Shown here piece by piece: positions 7,725 to 16,295 of a stretch of DNA of 64,000 nucleotides; within the stretch, counting starts at the first letter, position 1, and every line of letters starts with the position of its first letter. Made by a program: the position numbers and the translations under genes. The notes under the pieces are model-generated. The model was not told the DNA's origin, made no database searches, and was given only the letters and a program-made list of their open reading frames with translations. The stretch lies in the sequence record OQ743992; one strand, given 5' to 3'. Source of the stretch: Escherichia phage vB_EfeM_pEP20.

Positions 7725-8510
7725 TTAGTTCTTTGCGTCTAAGAAGGTAAGCTCTGGTGAAGAGAAGATTAACTCAATATCCTCATCAGTTCTTGCATAG
7801 ATATAAGCATCTGCATCACTGCCAAATGTTACTGCAATTCTGTGATTGCTCTTCGACAGGTGGGTAACTAGAGCGTTACTTAGAGACATCTTTTCAACCG
7901 GAGGGTTACTTTGATGTATCTTGCCTTTTCTTCGTCTGAAGAGGGTAACTGCATCATTAGTGAACACTACTACACCTGCAAAGTATTCTGGTTCACAGTA
8001 GTTCTTCCAACCTGAGCGTAACTTGTGGTACATCTCTCCTTCATAGACATATAGATACACATCTACACTCTTCATCACTTGATTAATGATAACTGTGACG
8101 GCTTGAGGGTCTAGTCCACCGATACCTGCACCAATCATAGGTAACCCAACTTTCTTCAACTGATTGACTTCACAGTATCTGTTAAGCTGTTTCAAAGATG
8201 ACTCTAAAGCACTGTATCGGGCATCTTTACCAGTCTTAAGCTGAGTGTAAAGGTTAGCTATACGACCTTGTTTTAAACGTGCTACAGAGAAATTACCTAG
8301 CAAATTTTCACAGGGTTTGTAGCCTATACCACCTGCATACAGATAAACTTCTGTATCAGTCTCATATGCTTTTGGGTAAAGTTTAGAAATCTTGTCAGCG
8401 ATACCTGCACCCATTAAGTTCATACAGTTGCAACCGTGACCGATGACGTCAAACTTACCTTTATCAAATGCTGCAAAGATATCACCATTGATGATTTTTA
8501 CAATACCCAT
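7725..8510 (-). CDS. Macrodomain protein (TARG1/OARD1- and DarG-like N-terminal domain plus about 110-aa C-terminal domain of unknown function)
   Basis: GDIF...HGCNCMNLMGAGIA and LPMIGAGIGGL resemble TARG1 GDLF...MGAGIA and MPRIGCGL; last gene of a coupled operon. Confidence 0.6.
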   Translation of the reverse strand: MGIVKIINGDIFAAFDKGKFDVIGHGCNCMNLMGAGIADKISKLYPKAYETDTEVYLYAGGIGYKPCENLLGNFSVARLKQGRIANLYTQLKTGKDARYSALESSLKQLNRYCEVNQLKKVGLPMIGAGIGGLDPQAVTVIINQVMKSVDVYLYVYEGEMYHKLRSGWKNYCEPEYFAGVVVFTNDAVTLFRRRKGKIHQSNPPVEKMSLSNALVTHLSKSNHRIAVTFGSDADAYIYARTDEDIELIFSSPELTFLDAKN

Positions 8511-8711
8511 TTAACATCTCTCCCAAGATTCTTTATCTTCTGAAGGTTTTACACGTTGTCCTTCGTGGTCTACCCAGATACACCCGCAGCCTTCACAGAT
8601 TACTGGCATTGCATAACCAGCTTTAAAGTCGTCTTCAGTGATAAGACCTTTTAAGTCTCCTGTATCACGTCCGAACATTTCGATAGAACAGTCTTTGCAG
8701 AAGTCAGCCAC
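8511..8711 (-). CDS. Small Cys-rich (zinc-ribbon-like) protein (66 aa)
   Basis: CKDC...CEGCGC; GTG start overlapping the upstream stop; its stop abuts the macrodomain ATG. Confidence 0.45.
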   Translation of the reverse strand: MADFCKDCSIEMFGRDTGDLKGLITEDDFKAGYAMPVICEGCGCIWVDHEGQRVKPSEDKESWERC

Positions 8712-8937
8712 GAATAATTACCTCTTGAGTGATAATACCTTTACCACAACGACTTTTAAAATCTTCTAATGGTTCAGAGAAGAAGTCACGGAAATGGTTA
8801 CTACACTCACGTTTCAGCACCTTCTTGTAAGTTAACACATCTTTTTCTGCAAACGGGATGACTTCATTTCTCCCTATGAATACTGCTGAACTTACAATCT
8901 TACGAGTCTTTTTATTTCTGGCTAGTATTACTTTCAT
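8704..8937 (-). CDS. Hypothetical protein (77 aa)
   Basis: ORF in translationally coupled chain. Confidence 0.4.
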   Translation of the reverse strand: MKVILARNKKTRKIVSSAVFIGRNEVIPFAEKDVLTYKKVLKRECSNHFRDFFSEPLEDFKSRCGKGIITQEVIIRG

Positions 8938-9238
8938 AGTTTACCTTCTCAGTTAGCTCATATAAATCAACATGCTCAATATTGTCAATGTTGATATTAA
9001 TCTTTTTGAAACGTTCTATCACTTCGTTGTCAGTCATCCATATTAGACACCAATGATTCTGAATGGATTCTTCAAGAAGGTCAACACAATCTTTAAAAGT
9101 TTTTGTATCACTTCTCGTTCCGACTACTGCGATTGTTCCATATAACCACTTACCATTACCATAAGTTACTTGTGCTACACCAACTTCTTTATCATTCTCA
9201 TAGTAAACGGCTACAAAATCTCTTCCATTAATCTGCAT
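8912..9238 (-). CDS. Hypothetical protein (about 108 aa)
   Basis: Start moved to ATG (MQINGRDF...) preceded by GAGGAG 7 nt upstream. Confidence 0.4.
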   Translation of the reverse strand: MQINGRDFVAVYYENDKEVGVAQVTYGNGKWLYGTIAVVGTRSDTKTFKDCVDLLEESIQNHWCLIWMTDNEVIERFKKININIDNIEHVDLYELTEKVNYESNTSQK

Positions 9239-9542
9239 TTGTAAGCTCCTCTGTTGGTAACTCACCATTTTCAGCAAAGTACTGAAGGTATGGCAATAAC
9301 TCTTTCACCTGTTCTTGGTTGAGTTTCATTCTTTGGTTACCTACAAAATCTTTGCCTACTAATGCTGGGATATCAAGTGTTTTCCAGCCACCATCTAGGT
9401 ACTGAACAGAGACCTCTTTAGCACCTAACCAGATACATGGTTCATATGATGAACTTTCTTGTAAAGTACAAATCTCTCCTTTAGCATCTTTAAATTCTGC
9501 ATAAGAAAATCCACGATTTGTTGGCTGGAATTGCATAATCAT
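9228..9542 (-). CDS. Hypothetical protein (104 aa)
   Basis: ATGA start/stop overlap with the upstream gene. Confidence 0.45.
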   Translation of the reverse strand: MIMQFQPTNRGFSYAEFKDAKGEICTLQESSSYEPCIWLGAKEVSVQYLDGGWKTLDIPALVGKDFVGNQRMKLNQEQVKELLPYLQYFAENGELPTEELTNAD

Positions 9543-9808
9543 TTCCTCGTTTTAAGAACTGCTAAGATTTCTTTAGAGTCTGGTAAGAACCATGTGTAGT
9601 GATTCTCTTTGATTTCTGGATGAGTGTCAACCTTTATTTTGCACTCTTTACCAACATGCTTAAGCTGTGCTGTGACACCTTGCATAAAGATATGGCACAT
9701 CACGTTATCCATAATGGTTGGTGAGAAATCAACCCGCATATAAGTTTCTTTTGGTCGTGGTAGTAGTAAGTACCCTTCTACATAGAAAGTATCTTCATTC
9801 TCTGTCAT
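9539..9808 (-). CDS. Hypothetical protein (89 aa)
   Basis: ATGA overlap with the lipoprotein gene stop. Confidence 0.45.
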   Translation of the reverse strand: MTENEDTFYVEGYLLLPRPKETYMRVDFSPTIMDNVMCHIFMQGVTAQLKHVGKECKIKVDTHPEIKENHYTWFLPDSKEILAVLKTRK

Positions 9809-10074
9809 TGCTGTTTGTTTCCTAATAAAATCATATCAATAAGGTTATTAGCTTTGATTGTGCACTGGTAAAAACCATCACGATAAAACTCAAGGGCTGC
9901 TGCCACATCGCTGCCAGTATTACCTTTGACAGTGAATCTTGATTCTTCTTGAGTGTACTTGTCACTCTCACTTACTTGGGAGTTTTTGAATGTACTGTTC
10001 ACTTTGTTCGTTGAACACCCTGACATAATTATCAGTAACACAAACATTATAAAACTCTGGCTTAGTCTTTTCAT
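9805..10074 (-). CDS. Lipoprotein (signal peptide plus lipobox IMSGC); o-spanin-like position, embedded in the 3' end of the upstream TM-protein gene
   Basis: MKRLSQSFIMFVLLIIMSGC; own RBS AGAGGT; 107-nt out-of-frame overlap with 9968-10315. Confidence 0.45.
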   Translation of the reverse strand: MKRLSQSFIMFVLLIIMSGCSTNKVNSTFKNSQVSESDKYTQEESRFTVKGNTGSDVAAALEFYRDGFYQCTIKANNLIDMILLGNKQQ

Positions 10075-10315
10075 ACGTTAGTACCTCTTTTGTGTGCTTA
10101 TTCTTAGCAAGCACATCTTTCAAATCATTTTTGTAATTGGTGCTGAGTGTGGCTAAACCTTCCTGATAAGCATCTTTAGCAACACTTATTAGTTTCTCAT
10201 TATTTAGCTCAGCTTCAGCAACTTGGTAGTCTCTGTAAGAGTATCCTCCCCAGACACCTGCCCCAACTAAGAAAACAATTATGAAAGTAGCTTGGCAGAA
10301 CTCTTTAAATGTCAT
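9968..10315 (-). CDS. N-terminally membrane-anchored coiled-coil protein (i-spanin-like), 115 aa
   Basis: TM helix FIIVFLVGAGVWGG then helical region; RBS caGGAGAttgttaaATG; first gene after a terminator. Confidence 0.4.
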   Translation of the reverse strand: MTFKEFCQATFIIVFLVGAGVWGGYSYRDYQVAEAELNNEKLISVAKDAYQEGLATLSTNYKNDLKDVLAKNKHTKEVLTYEKTKPEFYNVCVTDNYVRVFNEQSEQYIQKLPSK

Positions 10316-10334
10316 TTAACAATCTCCTGAAATG

Positions 10335-10355
10335 AAAAAGGCTCCCGAAGGAGCC
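10335..10355 (-). terminator. Intrinsic terminator (GGCUCC-UUCG-GGAGCC then U5)
   Basis: Perfect 6-bp stem with tetraloop followed by a U run on minus-strand RNA. Confidence 0.55.
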
Positions 10356-10367
10356 TGTATCTTAACC

Positions 10368-10832
10368 TTAACCGAGGACTTTAGCAAGGACATTTGCAGC
10401 CATCGAAGAAGCTTTTGCAGCAGCAGCTACTCCAGCTTTGACGGTGCTATCCTTGATAGCAGATACCGTTGCAGCATCAGTAAAGAGATAAGTAGTTGTT
10501 TTAGAACCACTTGTAAAGGAAAGCATAAGAGCAGTTTCCAGATTGAAAGAGCGATACGGAGCACCTTCTTTAACGATACCTTCAGCACCTAACTCTGAAG
10601 CCATACCCATATCATAGATAGTCATCAGGTTTTCTTTGTGTGCAGTCGTTGAACCAGCACCTTTGACGTGTTTCTTAACATTCAGAAGAGCACGATACTC
10701 TCGGATGTTACCGTCTGCTTTTACATTGACAGCACGGAAGATTTTACCCTCAAAGTTGCTTTTGATAATGTTACGAACTACTTCAGATTTGTTTGCCGTA
10801 ACATCCAGTGCTACCGTAATGATATTGTTCAT
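10368..10832 (-). CDS. Hypothetical protein (154 aa, Ala-rich amphipathic C-terminus)
   Basis: ORF. Confidence 0.45.
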   Translation of the reverse strand: MNNIITVALDVTANKSEVVRNIIKSNFEGKIFRAVNVKADGNIREYRALLNVKKHVKGAGSTTAHKENLMTIYDMGMASELGAEGIVKEGAPYRSFNLETALMLSFTSGSKTTTYLFTDAATVSAIKDSTVKAGVAAAAKASSMAANVLAKVLG

Positions 10833-10842
10833 AAGTTTTCTC

Positions 10843-11538
10843 TCAATGTTTTACTAACATAGTTTTAATGTGCGGAAGGATTCTGTTTACCTTCTGAACA
10901 TTCTTCTCTGTATCTTCTATAAAACATACTATATTAAAGTAAGGAAGAATGCAAGACTGAATCATCCTCACTTTCAAACTTTCTGCATTTATAGAGTTAG
11001 TTCCAAAACCACGCATAAAAAGCATGTAATCATGCTCTATGTTATGCCTTAAAAACATCTCAGTAGGTATTCTCTGAGATTCACCTCTAGCTGTCAAGAG
11101 TCCAATGGCAGCATGATTAGCAATTGCATCAATGATACTGAAAACATACGTTGGTTTTGCTCTTACAGAGTCAAGAAGATTAGTGTACTGTGAGAATGAC
11201 CCATCAGTCAATTCCGTTGAGCAATCTTCGTGATTAAAATTTGTAAGAACACCATCAATATCTGCTAAGATGAGGTTACCTTTTTCTACAAGGTCTTTAT
11301 TGACTATGACTAAACTGTCACGTCTTACACCTATAGATTGTCCAGTCTCTTTGTCCACAACGTTCACAATTAGTTCTGATGTGTGGAACTCTTCAAGTGA
11401 ACATACAACTTCTCTTGCAGTATCTTCAAAATCTCTGCACTGTTCTGGAGTCCATACACAGGAATCAAGACCTAACTCATGAGAATGCAAGTCGTAAGCA
11501 TGGCACAGTACTTCATCAGACTTTCTTAATTTTTTCAT
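10843..11538 (-). CDS. HAD-superfamily phosphatase-like protein (231 aa)
   Basis: Motif I ILADIDGVLT (DxDG) and LLTARGE. Confidence 0.5.
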   Translation of the reverse strand: MKKLRKSDEVLCHAYDLHSHELGLDSCVWTPEQCRDFEDTAREVVCSLEEFHTSELIVNVVDKETGQSIGVRRDSLVIVNKDLVEKGNLILADIDGVLTNFNHEDCSTELTDGSFSQYTNLLDSVRAKPTYVFSIIDAIANHAAIGLLTARGESQRIPTEMFLRHNIEHDYMLFMRGFGTNSINAESLKVRMIQSCILPYFNIVCFIEDTEKNVQKVNRILPHIKTMLVKH

Positions 11539-12064
11539 GATTTACCTTAGAAATGTTTGTTGCAAATTCACATTGAGCGATGACTTTCATGTTGTTATAG
11601 ACATCTTGAGAGTATTTCTTAGCTTTAGGAATTTTGTACGAATACCCAGCATTATAAGATGCTAGAACTTTTTGTAAAGTCTTCTTTGACTTTGGCTGAC
11701 CATGTACCTTCGTCCAAAACTCAAGCTCTTTGTGTGTTTCTTTTGCGGCATAATCAAAATCTTTTAAAAGTTTCTTTTTAGCCACATTAGGACTAATTTT
11801 GTTACGCTTTACAACAGTCTTCAAGTGATTCTGGAAAATACCATAGTCATGGGTCTTTTTATTCTCTACCTTCAGACCTAACTCTGACTCTTGTAAGGCT
11901 ATAGCAGCTAGAGTGATACCCCAACCTTTACCCATATTATTCTCACCATACTGGTAAGCTTTTAACATGTTTACTTTTTGGCTAATTGATAGCTCTGGGC
12001 AGTCAACTGCATAAGATAAGTGTGCTGTAAACATTAAGCACAAACCTAGAATCAATTTCTTCAT
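11516..12064 (-). CDS. Secreted lytic transglycosylase (SLT-domain) protein with cleavable signal peptide
   Basis: MKKLILGLCLMFTAHLSYA signal; QESELG...DYGIFQ and ASYNAGYSY resemble SLT motifs ES...GLMQ and AYNAG. Confidence 0.55.
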   Translation of the reverse strand: MKKLILGLCLMFTAHLSYAVDCPELSISQKVNMLKAYQYGENNMGKGWGITLAAIALQESELGLKVENKKTHDYGIFQNHLKTVVKRNKISPNVAKKKLLKDFDYAAKETHKELEFWTKVHGQPKSKKTLQKVLASYNAGYSYKIPKAKKYSQDVYNNMKVIAQCEFATNISKVNHEKIKKV

Positions 12065-12126
12065 TGGTTCTCCTGTTTAGTTTATCGTGACATCAATTAT
12101 ACAGCACTCTGCACAAAATACAAATA

Positions 12127-12151
12127 AAAAAGGCCGCCGAAGCAGCCTTTT
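12127..12151 (-). terminator. Intrinsic terminator after rIIB (GGCUGC-UUCG-GCGGCC then U6AU3)
   Basis: Stem-loop plus U run on minus-strand RNA. Confidence 0.55.
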
Positions 12152-12164
12152 AAGAAATTACTTA

Positions 12165-13274
12165 TTAGATTTCACGTTTACGTTGAGAGATGAGTTCACC
12201 AGCAGTACCAACGATGACATGCAAAGCCTCAGTCTTACCGTCCCATGCTTTCAGCACTTTACGTTGGTTATCAACGATTGCTGTAACTTCATAACGAGAT
12301 GAACGCATCTTCATATCGTTGTAATCAGTTGGAACAGATACAACATCTCGTGGATGGACACGAACCTTCAGAATTGTATCACCTGAGAAGCAGCGAACAT
12401 AATCCCAAGCACCAACATGAAGACCCTGAGAGCAAGTCACGTTACGGTTATTATCAACCATCCAACGTGGCATTTCTACAATGTTACCCAAATCATTAGG
12501 TACTTTGTATGTGCGGGAGTCAACCAGCTTGCCTTCATGAGTAGAGACTTTCTTCCAGCCAATGATGTAGCCTTCTTCATCAATCTCAACATCAAGGTGA
12601 GATACGAATCCCCAAAGTTGTTCTACAGAATCTTTAGATGGGTTTTCCATCAGTTTTTCGAAGAACATTACAAGTCGTTCAAAGCCTTTATCACCAGCCT
12701 TCATCATGTGAAGAATACGGTCAACCAGAGTAGAACGCATCTCAATAGCACCGTAGAATAGCTTGTCACCTTTGATTGTGATAGCCCCCTGAGTGAAGTT
12801 TTCGATAGACTTACGAATGTTCATCAGTTCGAAAGCTTTCTTATACTCACCGGATACAACAGCCATTACGATTTCTTTGTAGTTCGGATGGGTAGATTCA
12901 ACGATTTCAGAATCTGCACCGAAAGTCATGATAACAGAGTCACCAGTAATCATGTACTCAATCTGGTTGCCATTCTGCATAGCTTCATGCAGTTTATTTA
13001 CTGGAGCTTTCTGTACATCCTTGTTAACAGCCTTTTTAACTGGCTTGTCAGCTTTCTTTTTAACTGATTTAGCAACTTGCTTCAAAGTCTTCGTAGCTGG
13101 TTTAGAAGCTACCTTTTTCTTACCTTTTAAGGTTGCTTCATGACGCTCTACAGCACGACCAACTGAACGGGTTGAAGTGTTGAACTTCTGTGCAATCGCT
13201 GTTTTAGTCAGCTTACCTTCTTTAACCAGTTCGTAAATTTCTGCATCAATCTGTGCTTTAGTTTTAGTAGTCAT
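12165..13274 (-). CDS. rIIB: rIIB-like protein (369 aa)
   Basis: Immediately downstream of rIIA; C-terminal VHPRDVVSVPTDYNDMKMR matches my recollection of T4 rIIB. Confidence 0.7.
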   Translation of the reverse strand: MTTKTKAQIDAEIYELVKEGKLTKTAIAQKFNTSTRSVGRAVERHEATLKGKKKVASKPATKTLKQVAKSVKKKADKPVKKAVNKDVQKAPVNKLHEAMQNGNQIEYMITGDSVIMTFGADSEIVESTHPNYKEIVMAVVSGEYKKAFELMNIRKSIENFTQGAITIKGDKLFYGAIEMRSTLVDRILHMMKAGDKGFERLVMFFEKLMENPSKDSVEQLWGFVSHLDVEIDEEGYIIGWKKVSTHEGKLVDSRTYKVPNDLGNIVEMPRWMVDNNRNVTCSQGLHVGAWDYVRCFSGDTILKVRVHPRDVVSVPTDYNDMKMRSSRYEVTAIVDNQRKVLKAWDGKTEALHVIVGTAGELISQRKREI

Positions 13275-13353
13275 CTTATTACTCTCTCTTGTTAGTTAAT
13301 AAATCATTTTGTAAGGCTATTCTAAGGGGCTTTGAAGCCCCTTGTCAAACACT

Positions 13354-15720
13354 TTAATCGTAAATTGTAGTACCTTCTGGAACACACTTCACATCAAAGC
13401 CTAAGAACTTACTCACTTCGATGGGTGACACTTTATTCCAATCTAAATGGGAAAGCAAGAAGTTTTCTTGTTTTCTTTTTGAAAGGTAGTTTGTCAGTTT
13501 GATAACCATGCGGTCACCCGCTTTCTTAATCTTTTTGTACAGTTTTGTATCATTGTCAAGGCATGACTTCAAATCCTGAAGAACACTGATAGTATAAGTG
13601 TATGCAAACGGTGCAGCCACATACTGAATCTTACCAAACATTGCCTCAACAGCATTCTCATTACCTTCTAAGAAGATGGTTTTGTTTGTATCTCGTGAAT
13701 AGCAATACCCGCGAGAAATCTTCCTGTTATTGAATGTAAAGTTTCTGGCAATAATCCAGCTACTTGTAAGGTCAAGAACACCATTCATGTAGATGCGTGT
13801 CATATATCTGTTATGATTAATCCAATGAACATCAGTTAAGCTATCGTTCAAGAGCTTCTCATCTACTTCAATCCAGTCTTCTGGTATCTTTTTCCAATTT
13901 GCTTTTCGGAAAACATAGACTGTCTTTCCAATAACATTCGCAACTGACTTAGCTACATCTTCTGGAGATGAGCAAAAACACTCACCATCAACTGTGTCAC
14001 CAACTGCCTTAATGTAAAGCTGAGGCTCTTCAATTGTGTCTAAGTCTTCTGATACCTCTTTGTAGGAAGCTACACCTTCTGCTGGAACAGCTTTCCAGAG
14101 TTTTACAACACCTCTTACAGCTTCTTTACGCTGGTAATGGTGTTCCTTATCAGACATTTTCACAATCTTTAACAAGCTTTTATCAAGTTTGTGCAGATTG
14201 ATTAAGTCATCTAACTCTTTTTCAGTAGAGAATACAAAGACAATACCATTGTATCTGTGAAACAGACTTGACTCACTGGCATAGTCTCGACATGCACCAC
14301 GCAAGATTTGGTTGCGTCCTACAGTCTTCTCAGTACCGTTTTTATTGCGACGGTCATTTATAATAAACAAAAACTGTTCAATTTGGCTTTTACGCATTGC
14401 GCCAAAGATATTGAACATACTTGCCTCTTGAGTGTAGGAAAGTGCTGTTGCACGAATCTTACTCTCTAAAGAGTTGAACTTGACATAAGCAACTGGGTCA
14501 TAAAGGTAATCTACTTTAGGGATGTTGTTTCCATTCCTATCAACCTTAATATTACCTTTACCATCACGTTCATAAATAACTGAGCCGTCTTCTGCGTAGA
14601 TAATTCCACGACGAATGTTTAGCAATTCTTCTTCCATAGAATCAAGCTTAACGCCTCCCCACTCTAGCTTTGGGCATACAGCATTAAACATCTCTCGTGA
14701 GTTCAAACGTAACTCAGCATAAGCCTGTGCAGCATCCATGAGTGTAGGTTGACTATTAACTTTCTTGATAACATCCTTTGTAATTGCTTCAGTTATCTTT
14801 TTAGTAGCCTCAATGATAACATTTTTTGTCGTATCATTCATCTGCAATGCTTCACGAGAAGCTGCAATAGCAACTGAACCAATAGGCATGTAGATGTTTA
14901 CAAGGTCTACGCTCCTACGGAAAAATTCTGGCAAGACTTTGAAGAAATCATCACCAAGTAATGCTTCCATGTTCACTGGATAGGCAATATTACCCATCAC
15001 CACATTAAACTCTGTCCTGTTACCACTAGAACGCCAGCTTTGCTTATGAATCATGGCATCATAAACACCTTCTTCACGGGCAATGACATTCATATCTGCT
15101 AATACATCGTCATACTCGATATTGCTTTCTGGTTTTACAGCAAAGTATGAGTATACGTGACCAGCTTCTTCAAAGAACTTTGAGATACGATGGTCAGCAA
15201 CTGCTACACGTACAGCTAAACCATTAGGTTCTTTTGTTGGGTTAGTGGTTAGCTTAGTCACTTGAGGAATACCATTCTCAAGATAAACAGAGTATTTATT
15301 AACAACACCATCAACGTAGCTCGATACTGTGAATGACTGAGCAATTGCAAACGGTGACTTTGAGCCGATACCCATTGCACCAATGTAGTCATTAGAGTCA
15401 TTCTTTGTAGAAGCCCCGTAGTTCAGATACAGACTCATCACTTTGTCATGAGTTAATCCAGTTCCAAAATCACGAACTTCAAAGTAAGGCTCAAAACGAG
15501 TAGGTAAATGCACATGGAACGGGATGTTCTCTTTTCCAGCTTCTTTCTGAGCATCTACTGCGTTACATGACAGTTCACGAATGACTGCCCTTTCTTTAAA
15601 GGTATATACACCAGAACTCAAAAGACTGAACATTTCAGGTGTCATTGTAATCTGTGCTTGAGACGTCTCTAAAGAAGTTGAGCTTTTAATCACTTCTGCG
15701 TGGTCGTTTACCATGCGCAT
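13354..15720 (-). CDS. rIIA: rIIA-like protein (788 aa, GHKL ATPase-like N-terminus)
   Basis: RELSCNAVDAQ (compare T4 RELITNMIDAH) and IGAMGIGSKSPFAIAQSFTVSSY (compare T4 IGGFGLGSKSPF...SITSY). Confidence 0.8.
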   Translation of the reverse strand: MRMVNDHAEVIKSSTSLETSQAQITMTPEMFSLLSSGVYTFKERAVIRELSCNAVDAQKEAGKENIPFHVHLPTRFEPYFEVRDFGTGLTHDKVMSLYLNYGASTKNDSNDYIGAMGIGSKSPFAIAQSFTVSSYVDGVVNKYSVYLENGIPQVTKLTTNPTKEPNGLAVRVAVADHRISKFFEEAGHVYSYFAVKPESNIEYDDVLADMNVIAREEGVYDAMIHKQSWRSSGNRTEFNVVMGNIAYPVNMEALLGDDFFKVLPEFFRRSVDLVNIYMPIGSVAIAASREALQMNDTTKNVIIEATKKITEAITKDVIKKVNSQPTLMDAAQAYAELRLNSREMFNAVCPKLEWGGVKLDSMEEELLNIRRGIIYAEDGSVIYERDGKGNIKVDRNGNNIPKVDYLYDPVAYVKFNSLESKIRATALSYTQEASMFNIFGAMRKSQIEQFLFIINDRRNKNGTEKTVGRNQILRGACRDYASESSLFHRYNGIVFVFSTEKELDDLINLHKLDKSLLKIVKMSDKEHHYQRKEAVRGVVKLWKAVPAEGVASYKEVSEDLDTIEEPQLYIKAVGDTVDGECFCSSPEDVAKSVANVIGKTVYVFRKANWKKIPEDWIEVDEKLLNDSLTDVHWINHNRYMTRIYMNGVLDLTSSWIIARNFTFNNRKISRGYCYSRDTNKTIFLEGNENAVEAMFGKIQYVAAPFAYTYTISVLQDLKSCLDNDTKLYKKIKKAGDRMVIKLTNYLSKRKQENFLLSHLDWNKVSPIEVSKFLGFDVKCVPEGTTIYD

Positions 15721-15748
15721 AATACTTTCCTCTTAGTTTACTGTTAAA

Positions 15749-15925
15749 TTACTTATTAAACATTTTACCAGAACCGCCACACATAGGGCAACAACCTGCT
15801 CTTGTATACCCTTCTCCATTACAGTAGTCACACTTCTTGTACTCTGCATAGTACTTGCAAAGAAGGTAAACAAACACTGCTACACTACCAAGTGACAGTA
15901 AAATTTCTATCCAATATGCTTGCAT
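15749..15925 (-). CDS. Small membrane-anchored protein with two CxxCxGxG (DnaJ-type zinc-finger-like) motifs, 58 aa; absent from the ORF track
   Basis: Hand translation MQAYWIEILLSLGSVAVFVYLLCKYYAEYKKCDYCNGEGYTRAGCCPMCGGSGKMFNK. Confidence 0.35.
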   Translation of the reverse strand: MQAYWIEILLSLGSVAVFVYLLCKYYAEYKKCDYCNGEGYTRAGCCPMCGGSGKMFNK

Positions 15926-16242
15926 GACTCACCTCTCATATTCTTGTAAAGGATAAAGCTTCTGTCATGGACGATACTTGTAGATACTGCAAAGTTACTT
16001 TCAAGCATCTGTTTGTTTGGATTGTAGAAGCTTTCTTTAAACTCGTCAAGTGCAAATTGGTGATTGTCTGGAAGACCCTTTACACACACCTTTATTGTGA
16101 TTGCTGCTGCAACCTTGCCAGTCAGTTCTTCTTTAGCTGCTACTAAAATTTTGTTAAGGAACTTATGACCATCTTCAGGCTTCTTGATGTTCTCCCAACG
16201 TTCTTCTAAGACAATGTTGATGTTCATCTCTTTGATTTTCAT
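15907..16242 (-). CDS. Hypothetical protein (111 aa)
   Basis: ORF with RBS ggaga. Confidence 0.45.
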   Translation of the reverse strand: MKIKEMNINIVLEERWENIKKPEDGHKFLNKILVAAKEELTGKVAAAITIKVCVKGLPDNHQFALDEFKESFYNPNKQMLESNFAVSTSIVHDRSFILYKNMRGESCKHIG

Positions 16243-16260
16243 AGTTTTCTCCAGAAATTA

Positions 16261-16285
16261 AAAAGGCTCCCGTAGGAGCCTCTTA
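16261..16285 (-). terminator. Intrinsic terminator after the NAMPT-like gene (GGCUCC-UACG-GGAGCC then U5)
   Basis: Stem-loop plus U run on minus-strand RNA. Confidence 0.55.
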
Positions 16286-16295
16286 TCATATACTT

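Noticed and set aside
12087-12302. Plus-strand ORF overlapping the rIIB terminator and rIIB 3' end
   Set aside because: Antisense to rIIB and begins within the terminator hairpin.
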